Source: an uncultured Opitutaceae bacterium
Lineage (GTDB): Bacteria; Verrucomicrobiota; Verrucomicrobiia; Opitutales; Opitutaceae
Length of the DNA stretch: 43,886 bases
Direction of reading: 5' to 3'
Assembly (NCBI GenBank): GCA_964551145.1
Contig: CAZKDK010000002.1
Location: 1 to 43,886 of the forward strand
Part shown: positions 8,501 through 15,653 of the stretch, one piece after another
Layout: each line of letters begins with the position of its first letter
How positions within the stretch are numbered: position 1 is the stretch's first letter
Program-made: the position numbers and the translations under genes
The notes under the pieces: model-generated
What the model was told of the DNA's origin: nothing
The model's database searches: none
The model's input: the letters and a program-made list of their open reading frames with translations, nothing else

Positions 8501-8851
8501 GCCGACGAGCTTCCCGGCGATGGTGCCGGTGGCCTGCCGGAGTCGGGTGACCACGAACGTGGCGCCGCTGTTGCGGCGCGCGACGAAGCCGGTATCCCGC
8601 AGGAGCCGGTTGAGCGCGTCCGCCGGCTCGTAGCGGCCGACGACCGGCGCGGACTGGATGTCGCGCAGGTCGTCATAGGAAAACAACACCTCGATCCTCG
8701 CTTGTCTCGAGAAGGCCAGCAGCGCATCGGCGACCGGCTGGCGGGCCAGTTCGAAATCCTGCGCGGCCGCCAGCGCCGCCGGAGCGGCCAAGGCGGCAAG
8801 ACAGGCAACCACCAGCGCCCGCCGAAGGGCCACGAACAGACCCGTAGCCAT
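5543..8851 (-). CDS. TonB-dependent receptor/transducer with N-terminal STN signalling domain and CarboxypepD_reg-like domain
   Basis: Start is the ATG at 8851-8849 (MATGLFVALRRALVVACLAALAAPAALAAAQ, a signal peptide). The STN-like segment is ELARQPVADALLAFSRQARIEVLFSYDDL..GRYEPADALNRLLRDTGFVARR. The carboxypeptidase-regulatory-like segment is GTIAGKLVGEDGTAARGVRVIIAGERYATTTDARGDFAFTAVPPGTYRL. A long beta-barrel follows and ends in a terminal aromatic residue (..YAVSLTATF). The gene sits directly downstream of FecR and the ECF sigma factor. Confidence 0.9.
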   Translation of the reverse strand: MATGLFVALRRALVVACLAALAAPAALAAAQDFELARQPVADALLAFSRQARIEVLFSYDDLRDIQSAPVVGRYEPADALNRLLRDTGFVARRNSGATFVVTRLRQATGTIAGKLVGEDGTAARGVRVIIAGERYATTTDARGDFAFTAVPPGTYRLIAAGPGFQPLQLPSVRVETGRTLDLPPQTLQAATGLVRLAPYIVQGEPLRTYGHSQAFLAPPTAAGNLDLPRTEDDALPFTIYDRNQITRSGVINLNEFLQRELLDADAAARPPDQDATMPSFVAGSLNLSMRGYGLDETVVLVNGRRLPEVLTNPLGDARILGPDVNLIPLSLVQQVEVLPVSASALYSGNAVGGVINIVLRPDADATEVTTAYTNALAGYDAPQMSLSLLHGRSLLGGKLHLRLNANFSRTLPPTEAELDYHHGRVSTSAGNGDPIYAATPNVRSADGAPLFGAGSPTATSVAPGADGTGGLTAFAGRAGVRNLDLFDAPGGMAASTASREFPYGREQRRSAYYLSAVYDPLPWLQVGFDTIFARTVVNRGYDVMTADLTLRAGSPLNPFGQDVRVSLNETAPLLGEDFSEARLDSYSSMLGFLVRLPGDWRVSLDTQYARNIARYRGLAQPDAGRWQQLVDDGLYNPLRDTQAFGPPPAFYDRVLVYYGGRGRFVTLSDYDTEDAALRVTNGSLRLPTGLGTVNLGGDYRRGHMAGFTDVRRFGDGSLAAPPDEWTGRTLQRYSVFGELQAPLLPVHWLPSWIRGVDTDLALRYVAADTAREAYFAPTWGLKIAFPDGFSFRGSVTTSSRYPNPYLSRKLGQPGTGTGVDHAFINDPIRGQSYDVLAPTDIAPTLEPESALTQTAGLLFQRGEIHRVRAAVDFVDTRKVNELVYLDPGAVMDLETVLPGRVVRAPLAPGDPHRAGYVTSVLTGTVNMAWRRSQNWNASFDYAWTQCAGGTLELYGRLVWFQQFRRQVYEDSPEVDELLHPDGAVGGLLRARANFGAGWNNRHLGFGIDGRYFDSRILPAIEWAGQGGHRIDSSWQFDAYLQAELGRWLPWKSSRVGLLAQLRVNNLFGPDFPKYANDPSGAGVQPYGDWRGRTYAVSLTATF

Positions 8852-8919
8852 TGGAGGGCGAGCCTCCAGGCGAGCCGAGCATGCTGGATTCCCGGCTCGG
8901 CGGGCGCCTCGCCCTCCAA
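8851..8919 (-). promoter_or_regulatory. Leader stem-loop that pairs the first base of the TonB-receptor start codon and the sequence just upstream
   Basis: There is a perfect 12-bp inverted repeat: ttggagggcgag (8851-8862) and ctcgccctccaa (8908-8919). An inner 7-bp stem pairs cgagccg (8871-8877) with cggctcg (8893-8899). Base 8851 is the A of the ATG on the minus strand. Confidence 0.4.
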
Positions 8920-8948
8920 AGGCGGAATGCGGCGGAGATCCGGTGTCG

Positions 8949-8972
8949 GTCGATGAGCGGAATCCGTGGTTC
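8949..8972 (-). promoter_or_regulatory. Candidate ECF-type promoter (GAAC-N16-CGAC) upstream of the TonB-receptor gene
   Basis: The minus strand reads GAAC (8972-8969), then 16 nt, then CGAC (8952-8949), in the FecR-receptor intergenic region. This is only a loose match to the generic ECF GAAC..CGTC pattern. Confidence 0.2.
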
Positions 8973-8995
8973 ATGCCTGGGGCCCGCCGGGCACG

Positions 8996-9997
8996 CTACG
9001 GTTCGGCGCGCAGGCTGACCTGCACGGTTCCATTCAGGTTGTGCGTGACACGGACCGGCAGCACTTCCTCCAGGGCCGCGAAGAACCCGTCCAGATCATC
9101 AAGGCTGAAGCGTCCGCCGATCCGCCGTTCGGCGGCGCCTGCGCTCACCGCGATCCCGCGGCCGTGGTAACGCGCGAAGAGGGCCACGGCATCGCGGAGC
9201 GGGACCCCGTCGAAGACGGCCTGGCCCTGCCGCCAGGCCAGCGCCGCATCGAGGGCGGCTGCAGACAGGGGCTGAACCGCGATGCCGCGCGGGCCGGCCG
9301 ACAGCCGGTCGCCGGCCGTGAGGCTCACCGGAGCGGCCGCGCGGCCGCCCGCATCGCCCGGATTCGCCAGGACCGTTCCCGCGACCACGGTCACCTCGAA
9401 AGCGTCGGCGGCATCCGTGCGGACGTCGAACTGCGTTCCGGTGACCCGCACCGAGCCGGCGGGCGTTTCGACGATGAAGGGCCGGGCGGGATCCTTGCGC
9501 ACGGCGAAGAAGGCCTCGCCCGAAGCGAGCCGGACCCGGCGCTCCCTCCGGCCGATTTCGATCTGGAGATTCGTCTGCGCATTGAGGTCGACCTGGGTGC
9601 CGTCGGCGAGGGTGAACGTCTGACGCTGGGCCATCGGGGTTGCGACCTCCGCCGACTGGGTCGGCGTGCGTCCAGGCCAGAGAACGAGCGCGACGGCCGC
9701 CGCGGCGGCCAGCGTCGCGGGGACGCCCCACCGCACCCAGCGCCCGCGGCGGGAGACCGTGGATTCCGCCGGCACGGCGAGGGCGCCGGCGGCAACCAGC
9801 GCCGGCAGCTGCAGTTCGAGGTCGGCGCCGAACTGGCAGTAATGGGAGAGCAGGTCCCGCCGGGAGGGATCGCCGGCCAGCCAGGCATCGAAGGCCGCGC
9901 GGTCGGAGGCAGTCAGATCGGATCCATCGAGCCGGGCGGCCCAGAGGGCGGCCTGTTCGTCGTCGGTGGGGTTGGGGCGGGTGTGCGAGAGGGTCAC
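8996..9997 (-). CDS. FecR-family anti-sigma factor / transmembrane sensor
   Basis: The N-terminal anti-sigma segment is EQAALWAARLDGSDLTASDRAAFDAWLAGDPSRRDLL. A single TM follows (VPATLAAAAAVALVLW). The FecR core is FTLADGTQVDLNAQTNLQI..RRVRLASGEAFFAVRKDPARPFIVETPAGSVRVTGTQFDV. The GTG start at 9997-9995 overlaps the sigma-factor TGA (9996-9994), giving GTGA. Confidence 0.9.
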   Translation of the reverse strand: MTLSHTRPNPTDDEQAALWAARLDGSDLTASDRAAFDAWLAGDPSRRDLLSHYCQFGADLELQLPALVAAGALAVPAESTVSRRGRWVRWGVPATLAAAAAVALVLWPGRTPTQSAEVATPMAQRQTFTLADGTQVDLNAQTNLQIEIGRRERRVRLASGEAFFAVRKDPARPFIVETPAGSVRVTGTQFDVRTDAADAFEVTVVAGTVLANPGDAGGRAAAPVSLTAGDRLSAGPRGIAVQPLSAAALDAALAWRQGQAVFDGVPLRDAVALFARYHGRGIAVSAGAAERRIGGRFSLDDLDGFFAALEEVLPVRVTHNLNGTVQVSLRAEP

Positions 9998-10560
9998 GTT
10001 GAAACCTCCTGGTCCGGGTGCTTTGCCGGGGCCGCCGGCGCCCGTTCGTCGTCGGCGGGCAGCGCCGCGCGCAGCAGCCGGAGGGCGCGGGCGTGTTGTT
10101 TCTCGACCGTGCTGATGGCGATGCCGAGGCGATCGGAGATTTCCCGGTGGGAAAGCAGTTCGACCTTGCGGAGCAGCAGGACCGCGCGGCAGCCCGGGGG
10201 CAGCCGGTCGATGGCCTCCCTGAGCTGCTGGAGTTCCTGGCGGGCCATCACGGTCTGGACGACGCCGGGGGTGGCAGCCGGGGAGAAGTCGGCGCGGTCG
10301 GTCGCCCCCACGATCGGCGCGATCCGGCGCCGCTTGAGGCGGTTGAGGGCCAGCCGCCGGGCCGTGGTGAAGAGGAGGGCCTCGGGTTTCTCGGCCGGCC
10401 GCTTGCCCTCGGCCGGATAGACGCGCAGGTAGGCGTCGTGGGCCACGTCCTGCGCCTCGGCGGAATCGCCCAGGAAACGCGCGAGGTAGCGCCGCAGCGG
10501 CGCGAGGGTCGCGCGATACAGCGTCGCAAAATCGCGGGGTTCAGGACGGTCGTCAGGCAT
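9994..10560 (-). CDS. ECF (sigma-70 family, group 4) RNA polymerase sigma factor
   Basis: Start is the ATG at 10560-10558 (MPDDRPEPRDFATLYRATLAPLRRYLARFLGDSAEAQDVAHDAYLRVY, region 2). Region 4 is LPPGCRAVLLLRKVELLSHREISDRLGIAISTVEKQHARALRLLR. The gene has a 4-nt overlap with the downstream FecR gene. Confidence 0.9.
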   Translation of the reverse strand: MPDDRPEPRDFATLYRATLAPLRRYLARFLGDSAEAQDVAHDAYLRVYPAEGKRPAEKPEALLFTTARRLALNRLKRRRIAPIVGATDRADFSPAATPGVVQTVMARQELQQLREAIDRLPPGCRAVLLLRKVELLSHREISDRLGIAISTVEKQHARALRLLRAALPADDERAPAAPAKHPDQEVST

Positions 10561-10777
10561 GCAGGGGGGCCTATCCGCGGGGTCCGCACCGAGGGGTGTG
10601 GCCGACGGATCGCTCGGAAGCATGAGGCAGGCGGGGCATGGATTCACGCCAATTACCAAGGACAGCCCGCGACGACAGACCCGCTACTCGGTCCGACAAG
10701 AATTCCACCGGGTCCGGCGGGCATCGGCGCGCCGACGCCCCGCCACCGGCCCGGAGGGCAAATTGCACGGTTCCGGC

Positions 10778-11839
10778 CTACTTGCGCTGCTGCCAGGCGG
10801 CGGCGATCTGCCGGACGATCTCCTCCAGGCTGACGGAGATGTCCCAGCCCGGATAGTGCGCGCGCATCTTGCGGAGGTCCGAGTAGTAGCAGATGTGGTC
10901 GCCGATCCGGTTCTGGTCGACGTAGGTGTACACCTGGGCGCGGCCCGTGCACCGCTCGGCCAGCTTGAAGGCCTCGAGGACCGAGCAGGCATTGGCCTTG
11001 CCGCCGCCGAGGTTGTAGACCTCGCCCGCGCGCGGGGCCGCGACGAAGGCGGCCATGAACCGGGCCACGTCCTGCGCGTGGATGTTGTCGCGCACCTGCT
11101 TGCCCTTGTAGCCGAAGAGGCGGTACTCCCGGGCCTCGAGGTTGCACTTCACTAGGTAGCTGAGGAAACCGTGCAGTTCGACGCCGCTGTGGTTGGGCCC
11201 GGTCAGGCAGCCGCCGCGGAGGCAGCAGGTGGGCATGCCGAAGTAGCGGCCGTATTCCTGCACCATGACGTCGGCGGCCACCTTGGAGGCGCCGAAGAGG
11301 GAGTGCTTGGACTGGTCGATGGTGAAGGTTTCGGGAATGCCGTGGGCGAAGGCGGGGTCGGCGTAGTCCCAGCGCGTCTCGAGTTCGCGGAGGGGAATCG
11401 CATTGGGGGCGTCGCCGTAGACCTTGTTGGTCGACATGTGGACGAACGGCGACTCCGGGCAGGCCTGCCGGACGGCTTCGAGCAGGTTGAGCGTGCCGCC
11501 GGCGTTCGTGTCGAAATCGTCGAACGGGATGGCCGCCGCGCGGTCATGGCTCGGCTGGGCGGCGGTGTGGACGATGGCCGCGGGCTTGAGTTCGCGGACG
11601 AGGGCCAGGACGCCGGCGCGGTCGCGCATGTCGAGCTCGTGGTGGACGAAACCGGGCAGCTCCTGCTGGAGCCGCCGCTGGTTCCAGCGCGTGTCGCCCT
11701 GCGGGCCGAAGAAGACGGCGCGCTGGTTGTTGTCGATGCCGTGGACCTGCCAGCCGAGTTCGCGCGTGAAGAACGTGCCCACCTCCGAGCCGATCAGGCC
11801 GGAGGATCCGGTGACGAGGAGGGTCTTGGGCATGGGCAT
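10778..11839 (-). CDS. Tyvelose/CDP-paratose 2-epimerase-like extended SDR with Phe in place of the catalytic Tyr (FGASK)
   Basis: Start is the ATG at 11839-11837 ([21 protein letters not shown], GxxGxxG). Other motifs are [44 protein letters not shown] and [13 protein letters not shown]. The upstream part of ORF 10778..12100 is Arg/Pro junk. Confidence 0.85.
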   Translation of the reverse strand: MPMPKTLLVTGSSGLIGSEVGTFFTRELGWQVHGIDNNQRAVFFGPQGDTRWNQRRLQQELPGFVHHELDMRDRAGVLALVRELKPAAIVHTAAQPSHDRAAAIPFDDFDTNAGGTLNLLEAVRQACPESPFVHMSTNKVYGDAPNAIPLRELETRWDYADPAFAHGIPETFTIDQSKHSLFGASKVAADVMVQEYGRYFGMPTCCLRGGCLTGPNHSGVELHGFLSYLVKCNLEAREYRLFGYKGKQVRDNIHAQDVARFMAAFVAAPRAGEVYNLGGGKANACSVLEAFKLAERCTGRAQVYTYVDQNRIGDHICYYSDLRKMRAHYPGWDISVSLEEIVRQIAAAWQQRK

Positions 11840-12003
11840 GGCGGAGGGGCCATGTCTTGCAGCCGCGCGGATCGGTGGCCAGACGATTCTGCGCCGCGGA
11901 ATCCACAGCGCACGGCGTCCCGGTCCGGAGACTTCCCGCACGGGCCGCGGGCGGTCGCTGGATTCGGATTGGCAGCCGGGGGGATTCGCGCCCATGTGGG
12001 GGT

Positions 12004-12504
12004 ATGCTCCAATACATCCGGTCCGCTCGCTCCGCCTCCGCCTGCGATCCCGGTCGGCCCGCGGCGCGGCGCCACTACACGGCTCTGGTCGCGGCGGCAT
12101 TCCTGGCGGCCGCGTCCGCCCGGGGGGTCGAGCGGGTGCTCGAAGTCAGCGCCCCGGCCACGGCCGCGCCCGGCGCGCGCATCGAGGTCACCGTGCGGGC
12201 GAGGACCGATGCCGGCGCCGGGGAGCACATCGGTTTTCTGCACGTGCAGTATTCCGCGGACGGTGGCGGCACGTGGACCGGCTTGTGCTTCGAGCAGAAG
12301 ATCGGAACCGAGGCGACGCGGAAATTCAGCATCACCACTGGCGCGGAGGGCTCGCAGACGCTCGTGCGCGCCCGGGTCGCATTCCGCGGCGGCGTGGCGG
12401 GCGACGTGGACTTTCGCGGCGCGGCGATCAGCTGGCAGGACGACTGGCAGGAGTGGCGGCAGCCGCCGGCGCGGTGGGCCACGACGCATGTGGGCGCGCC
12501 GTAG
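12004..12504 (+). CDS. Small hypothetical secreted protein (166 aa), probably beta-rich
   Basis: Start is the ATG at 12004. A hydrophobic signal-like segment ([20 protein letters not shown]) is followed by [61 protein letters not shown]. Third codon positions are strongly G/C. It is the only plausible frame in this interval. Confidence 0.55.
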   Translation: MLQYIRSARSASACDPGRPAARRHYTALVAAAFLAAASARGVERVLEVSAPATAAPGARIEVTVRARTDAGAGEHIGFLHVQYSADGGGTWTGLCFEQKIGTEATRKFSITTGAEGSQTLVRARVAFRGGVAGDVDFRGAAISWQDDWQEWRQPPARWATTHVGAP

Positions 12505-12509
12505 GCCGG

Positions 12510-13871
12510 TCAGTGCAGGTTGAACGCGCGCTGCAGCGCTTTGGCGCGCTCGATGTGCATGAACTCCAGCGCGGGCGCGGTGGCAGCGGGGGCGGTGGTG
12601 TACGGAGCTCGCATCAGCCGGCGCATTTCGGTGCCGCGCCAGGCAACGAACGGATCCAGGGAGGCGGGCCACCCGCGCAGGCAAAGCCCGGCCAGGCCGG
12701 CCAGCAGCACGCCGGCCGCCAGCCGGCGCAGCCTTGCCCGTGGCAATGCCTTTTCTATCGCCCACGCCAGCAGCAGTCCGGCGAAGGGCAGGGAGGCGAG
12801 CAGTGAGCTGTAGCAATAGCGCGAGCCGATCGCCGCGAGCAGGCCGGTATGGTAGCGGCCGACCCCGAGCAGCGCGGCGTTGCCGAGGTCGTAGACCAGC
12901 AGCAGAACCAGCAGCGTCCGGATCCGTCCGCGACCCACCCACCAGCCGAGCGCAATCACGACGAGCTTGGTGGCGCCCAGCATCAGCGAAAACGCGGAAC
13001 CCAGGGGCGGTTCGCCGAGCAGGAGATGGCCGGGGTTGAGCAGGAAGTAGGCAAGCGAGAATTGCAGGGCCTCACCCCAATGCCCCGCCATGCTCCGCTG
13101 GTTGCCGCCGGCGAACAGGAGGATGGCCGCCGCCACGGCCGCGGCCGGGAGCAGGCAAAGCAGGGCGGCGGACAGGCGGCGGGATCGGGCCGTCCCGTCG
13201 TGGGCGGACGCGGCGGGCGCCAGGATCGCGAGTGCGAGCACGGCTCCCGTCAGCACGCCGCGGGAGAAGCAGCAGGCGCTGGCGGCGGCAAACAGGAACA
13301 GCGGGAAATGCGCCCGCCAGCTCCAGGCGGCCCTGCGGACCGGGGGCCGCTCCAGCCAGAGCAACCCGAGCAGGAGGAACGTCATGGCGAGCACCGCCGA
13401 CCACTGCACCGACCAGCCCAGCGTTTCCAGGTTGGCGGGCGCGAGGGCGAAAACGAGCTGCGTGAAGACCGCGGCAATCCATGGGAAACCGGCTCGCAAG
13501 AGCAGCCGGCCGACCAGGGCGGTGTTGAGCGCGTGCGTCAGCCACAGCAGCCACAGCATCGCGGCGTAGCTGCCGTGGAAGCCGAAAAGGGCGCCGCCCC
13601 AGAGCAGCTTGAACAAGGGCGCGAAGTTCTCGGCGAAGAACTGCCCCGTCCATTTCCAGAAACCCATCTGCGCGATCTGATCGGTCAGGAACAGATCGTC
13701 CGCGAACCAGTAGAGTTCGGCAAACCGCCGGTGCCAGATCAGGAACGGTGCGAGCGCCGCCAGCCCGAGGAGCCAGGGCAGACCCCGCGGCCACGGCACG
13801 CCCGCCGCCAAAGGGCCGGGTTCCGCAGCGGGCCGGCGGCTGGCGTCGGAACGGGGGATCGGTGCGTTCAT
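12510..13871 (-). CDS. Polytopic inner-membrane protein, putative GT-C-type glycosyltransferase or polymerase-like (function uncertain)
   Basis: Start is the ATG at 13871-13869. There are many hydrophobic helices (LPWLLGLAALAPFLIW, AAMLWLLWLTHALNTALVG, WSAVLAMTFLLLGLLWL ...). An acidic motif follows the first helix (ELYWFADDLFLTD). It is the last gene of the long minus-strand array. Confidence 0.6.
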   Translation of the reverse strand: MNAPIPRSDASRRPAAEPGPLAAGVPWPRGLPWLLGLAALAPFLIWHRRFAELYWFADDLFLTDQIAQMGFWKWTGQFFAENFAPLFKLLWGGALFGFHGSYAAMLWLLWLTHALNTALVGRLLLRAGFPWIAAVFTQLVFALAPANLETLGWSVQWSAVLAMTFLLLGLLWLERPPVRRAAWSWRAHFPLFLFAAASACCFSRGVLTGAVLALAILAPAASAHDGTARSRRLSAALLCLLPAAAVAAAILLFAGGNQRSMAGHWGEALQFSLAYFLLNPGHLLLGEPPLGSAFSLMLGATKLVVIALGWWVGRGRIRTLLVLLLVYDLGNAALLGVGRYHTGLLAAIGSRYCYSSLLASLPFAGLLLAWAIEKALPRARLRRLAAGVLLAGLAGLCLRGWPASLDPFVAWRGTEMRRLMRAPYTTAPAATAPALEFMHIERAKALQRAFNLH

Positions 13872-13943
13872 GGGGGGGAGGGCGCGGGGAGTGGCGGGCG
13901 GCGCCGGGTGATCACCCCGGTTTCGGCCGTCCGAACGGCCGGT

Positions 13944-15653
13944 TCACCCCGCGGGTGCCGCTGCCGGCGGCGTGGTCGGCGGGCGGGCGGCCCGGGAAAA
14001 AGACCGCCAGTCGGTCCCGACATCCCAGAAGACGGCGATGACAAACAGCAGCAACATCGGGTAGGCGGAATCCAAATACGTGACCGACAGGCTGGGGAAT
14101 GAGGTGATGTGGACCAGCGCCCCCAGCAGCACGATCGCCGCGCAGGCGCCCCAGGCCGCGGCGGCGAGCACAATCGGGAATGTGAGCCGGCGCTGCCAGA
14201 CCAGGTGCCCGGCTCGCAGGAATGCGACAAGCTGCGCAGCGATCGCGAGCCAGAGCAGGATGTGGCGGAGTACCTTGCCGATCATCTGGAGGACGGACAG
14301 CTTCCAGCTGTCAAGAGCCCCTTGACGGGGCAGCGGCGGATCCAGCGCCGGCGACGGGGCGAGGTTGTCGCGCGACAGGTCGAGGAAGATCTGGAGGGCG
14401 TCGTGATCCCCGATGCTCGCCGGCGGGTAGGCGCTGAAACCGCGGAATGACACCAGGAAATCCGTGAACTCAACCGTCGCCGCGAGCCATTCCCGGGTGA
14501 GTCCGGCGCGCCAGGGCGGCAGGAATCCGCTGCGCCGCGGACCCGCCAGAATCCGGCCGTCGTCGCACGCCTGGTTCACTTCCATGGCGAGCCGGTGGTA
14601 GAACGCCATCGCCTGATCGGCATCATGGCAATATCCCGCCGCCTTCACGGAATCGCGCAGCGCCCACATGAACCAGCCGCCGCCGATCTGGCGCTCCTCC
14701 GAGGGGATGTGGGTGACGAAGCTCGAGGCCCCGGCCCAGCCTTCGCCGATGGGGCCATCGAGGTGGGGACGCAGCAGGGCGAACGTCGGGCTCACCGGAT
14801 AGGCCGCCTCGCGCATCTGCCGCGTGACGGGCACAAAGGGGAGATCGGGACCGGCCCGGACGCGGAGGAGCGCGCCGTAGGCGTCCTTGAATTCGCTGCT
14901 GCGGAACTCCACCGTTCCGAACCAGCCGTAGTGGCGGGCGTTCTCCGCGCACACGATGAACATCGGCACCGCGGCGCACACCAGCGCCAGGCCGCCCGCC
15001 CAGGCCATCGGCCGCCTGGGCACGGGCCGCGCCCGCACGAGGGCCACGACAACGGCCCCGGCCAGCAGCACGACGCTCGGGACGATCCAGACGACGTCCT
15101 CGCGGGTCATCCAGAGCGCCGCGAAGGCGGCACCGAAGAGGGCGGCCCACGGCGCGAGCCGCCGGAAGGGCCCGGCCCGGCGCGCGTACAGGGCGATCAA
15201 GCCGGCGAAGATGAGCAGGGCCAGCGGCGTGGAGATGTGCTGGCGCAGGACCCGGCCGAGCGACGAGGCCTCGAACGACATCGGATTCCAGAGCAGCACC
15301 GCATAGACCGCGAGGCGCGCCCCGCCGCCGCGCACCAGCGGGGCGAGGGCCCGGACGACCGCGGCGCAGGCGCCGGCGTAGGCGAGCTGCTGGGCGAAGC
15401 CGAGCGGCAGCCCGAGGAGAAAGACGAACGCGATCCACAGCGAATAGAACGGGCCCTTGGCCAGCGTGAGCTGGTTGTAGGGGCCGAGCCAGTCGCCGCT
15501 GACGAGCGCATTCGCCAGGTTCATGAACAGGCGGTCGTCGTGTTCGGCGGTGCCGATGGCGAAGATGGCCTGGCCGCGCGTCAGCCAGAGTTTGGCGAGA
15601 GTCAGGGCGATCGCCGCCCAGATCCACCAGCGGTTTTTCCACGAGGCGCTCAT
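13944..15653 (-). CDS. Polytopic membrane protein with a large extracytoplasmic domain, putative GtrC/GT-C-like transferase
   Basis: Start is the ATG at 15653-15651 (MSASWKNRWWIWAAIALTLAKLWL). It overlaps the TGA of the upstream GT2 gene (15652-15650), giving ATGA. An acidic first-loop motif is present (IGTAEHDDRLFMNLANAL). It has ~6 N-terminal TMs, a soluble middle domain and C-terminal TMs. The 259 upstream codons of ORF 13944..16430 are out-of-frame shadow of the GT2 gene. Confidence 0.65.
   Translation of the reverse strand: MSASWKNRWWIWAAIALTLAKLWLTRGQAIFAIGTAEHDDRLFMNLANALVSGDWLGPYNQLTLAKGPFYSLWIAFVFLLGLPLGFAQQLAYAGACAAVVRALAPLVRGGGARLAVYAVLLWNPMSFEASSLGRVLRQHISTPLALLIFAGLIALYARRAGPFRRLAPWAALFGAAFAALWMTREDVVWIVPSVVLLAGAVVVALVRARPVPRRPMAWAGGLALVCAAVPMFIVCAENARHYGWFGTVEFRSSEFKDAYGALLRVRAGPDLPFVPVTRQMREAAYPVSPTFALLRPHLDGPIGEGWAGASSFVTHIPSEERQIGGGWFMWALRDSVKAAGYCHDADQAMAFYHRLAMEVNQACDDGRILAGPRRSGFLPPWRAGLTREWLAATVEFTDFLVSFRGFSAYPPASIGDHDALQIFLDLSRDNLAPSPALDPPLPRQGALDSWKLSVLQMIGKVLRHILLWLAIAAQLVAFLRAGHLVWQRRLTFPIVLAAAAWGACAAIVLLGALVHITSFPSLSVTYLDSAYPMLLLFVIAVFWDVGTDWRSFSRAARPPTTPPAAAPAG

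Noticed and set aside
13872-13878. G7 run (C7 on the coding strand) abutting the ATG of gene 12510..13871, considered as a phase-variation tract
   Set aside because: Runs of 6-7 G/C occur several times in this GC-rich window (for example near 835 and 10564). That is too short and too common to single out.
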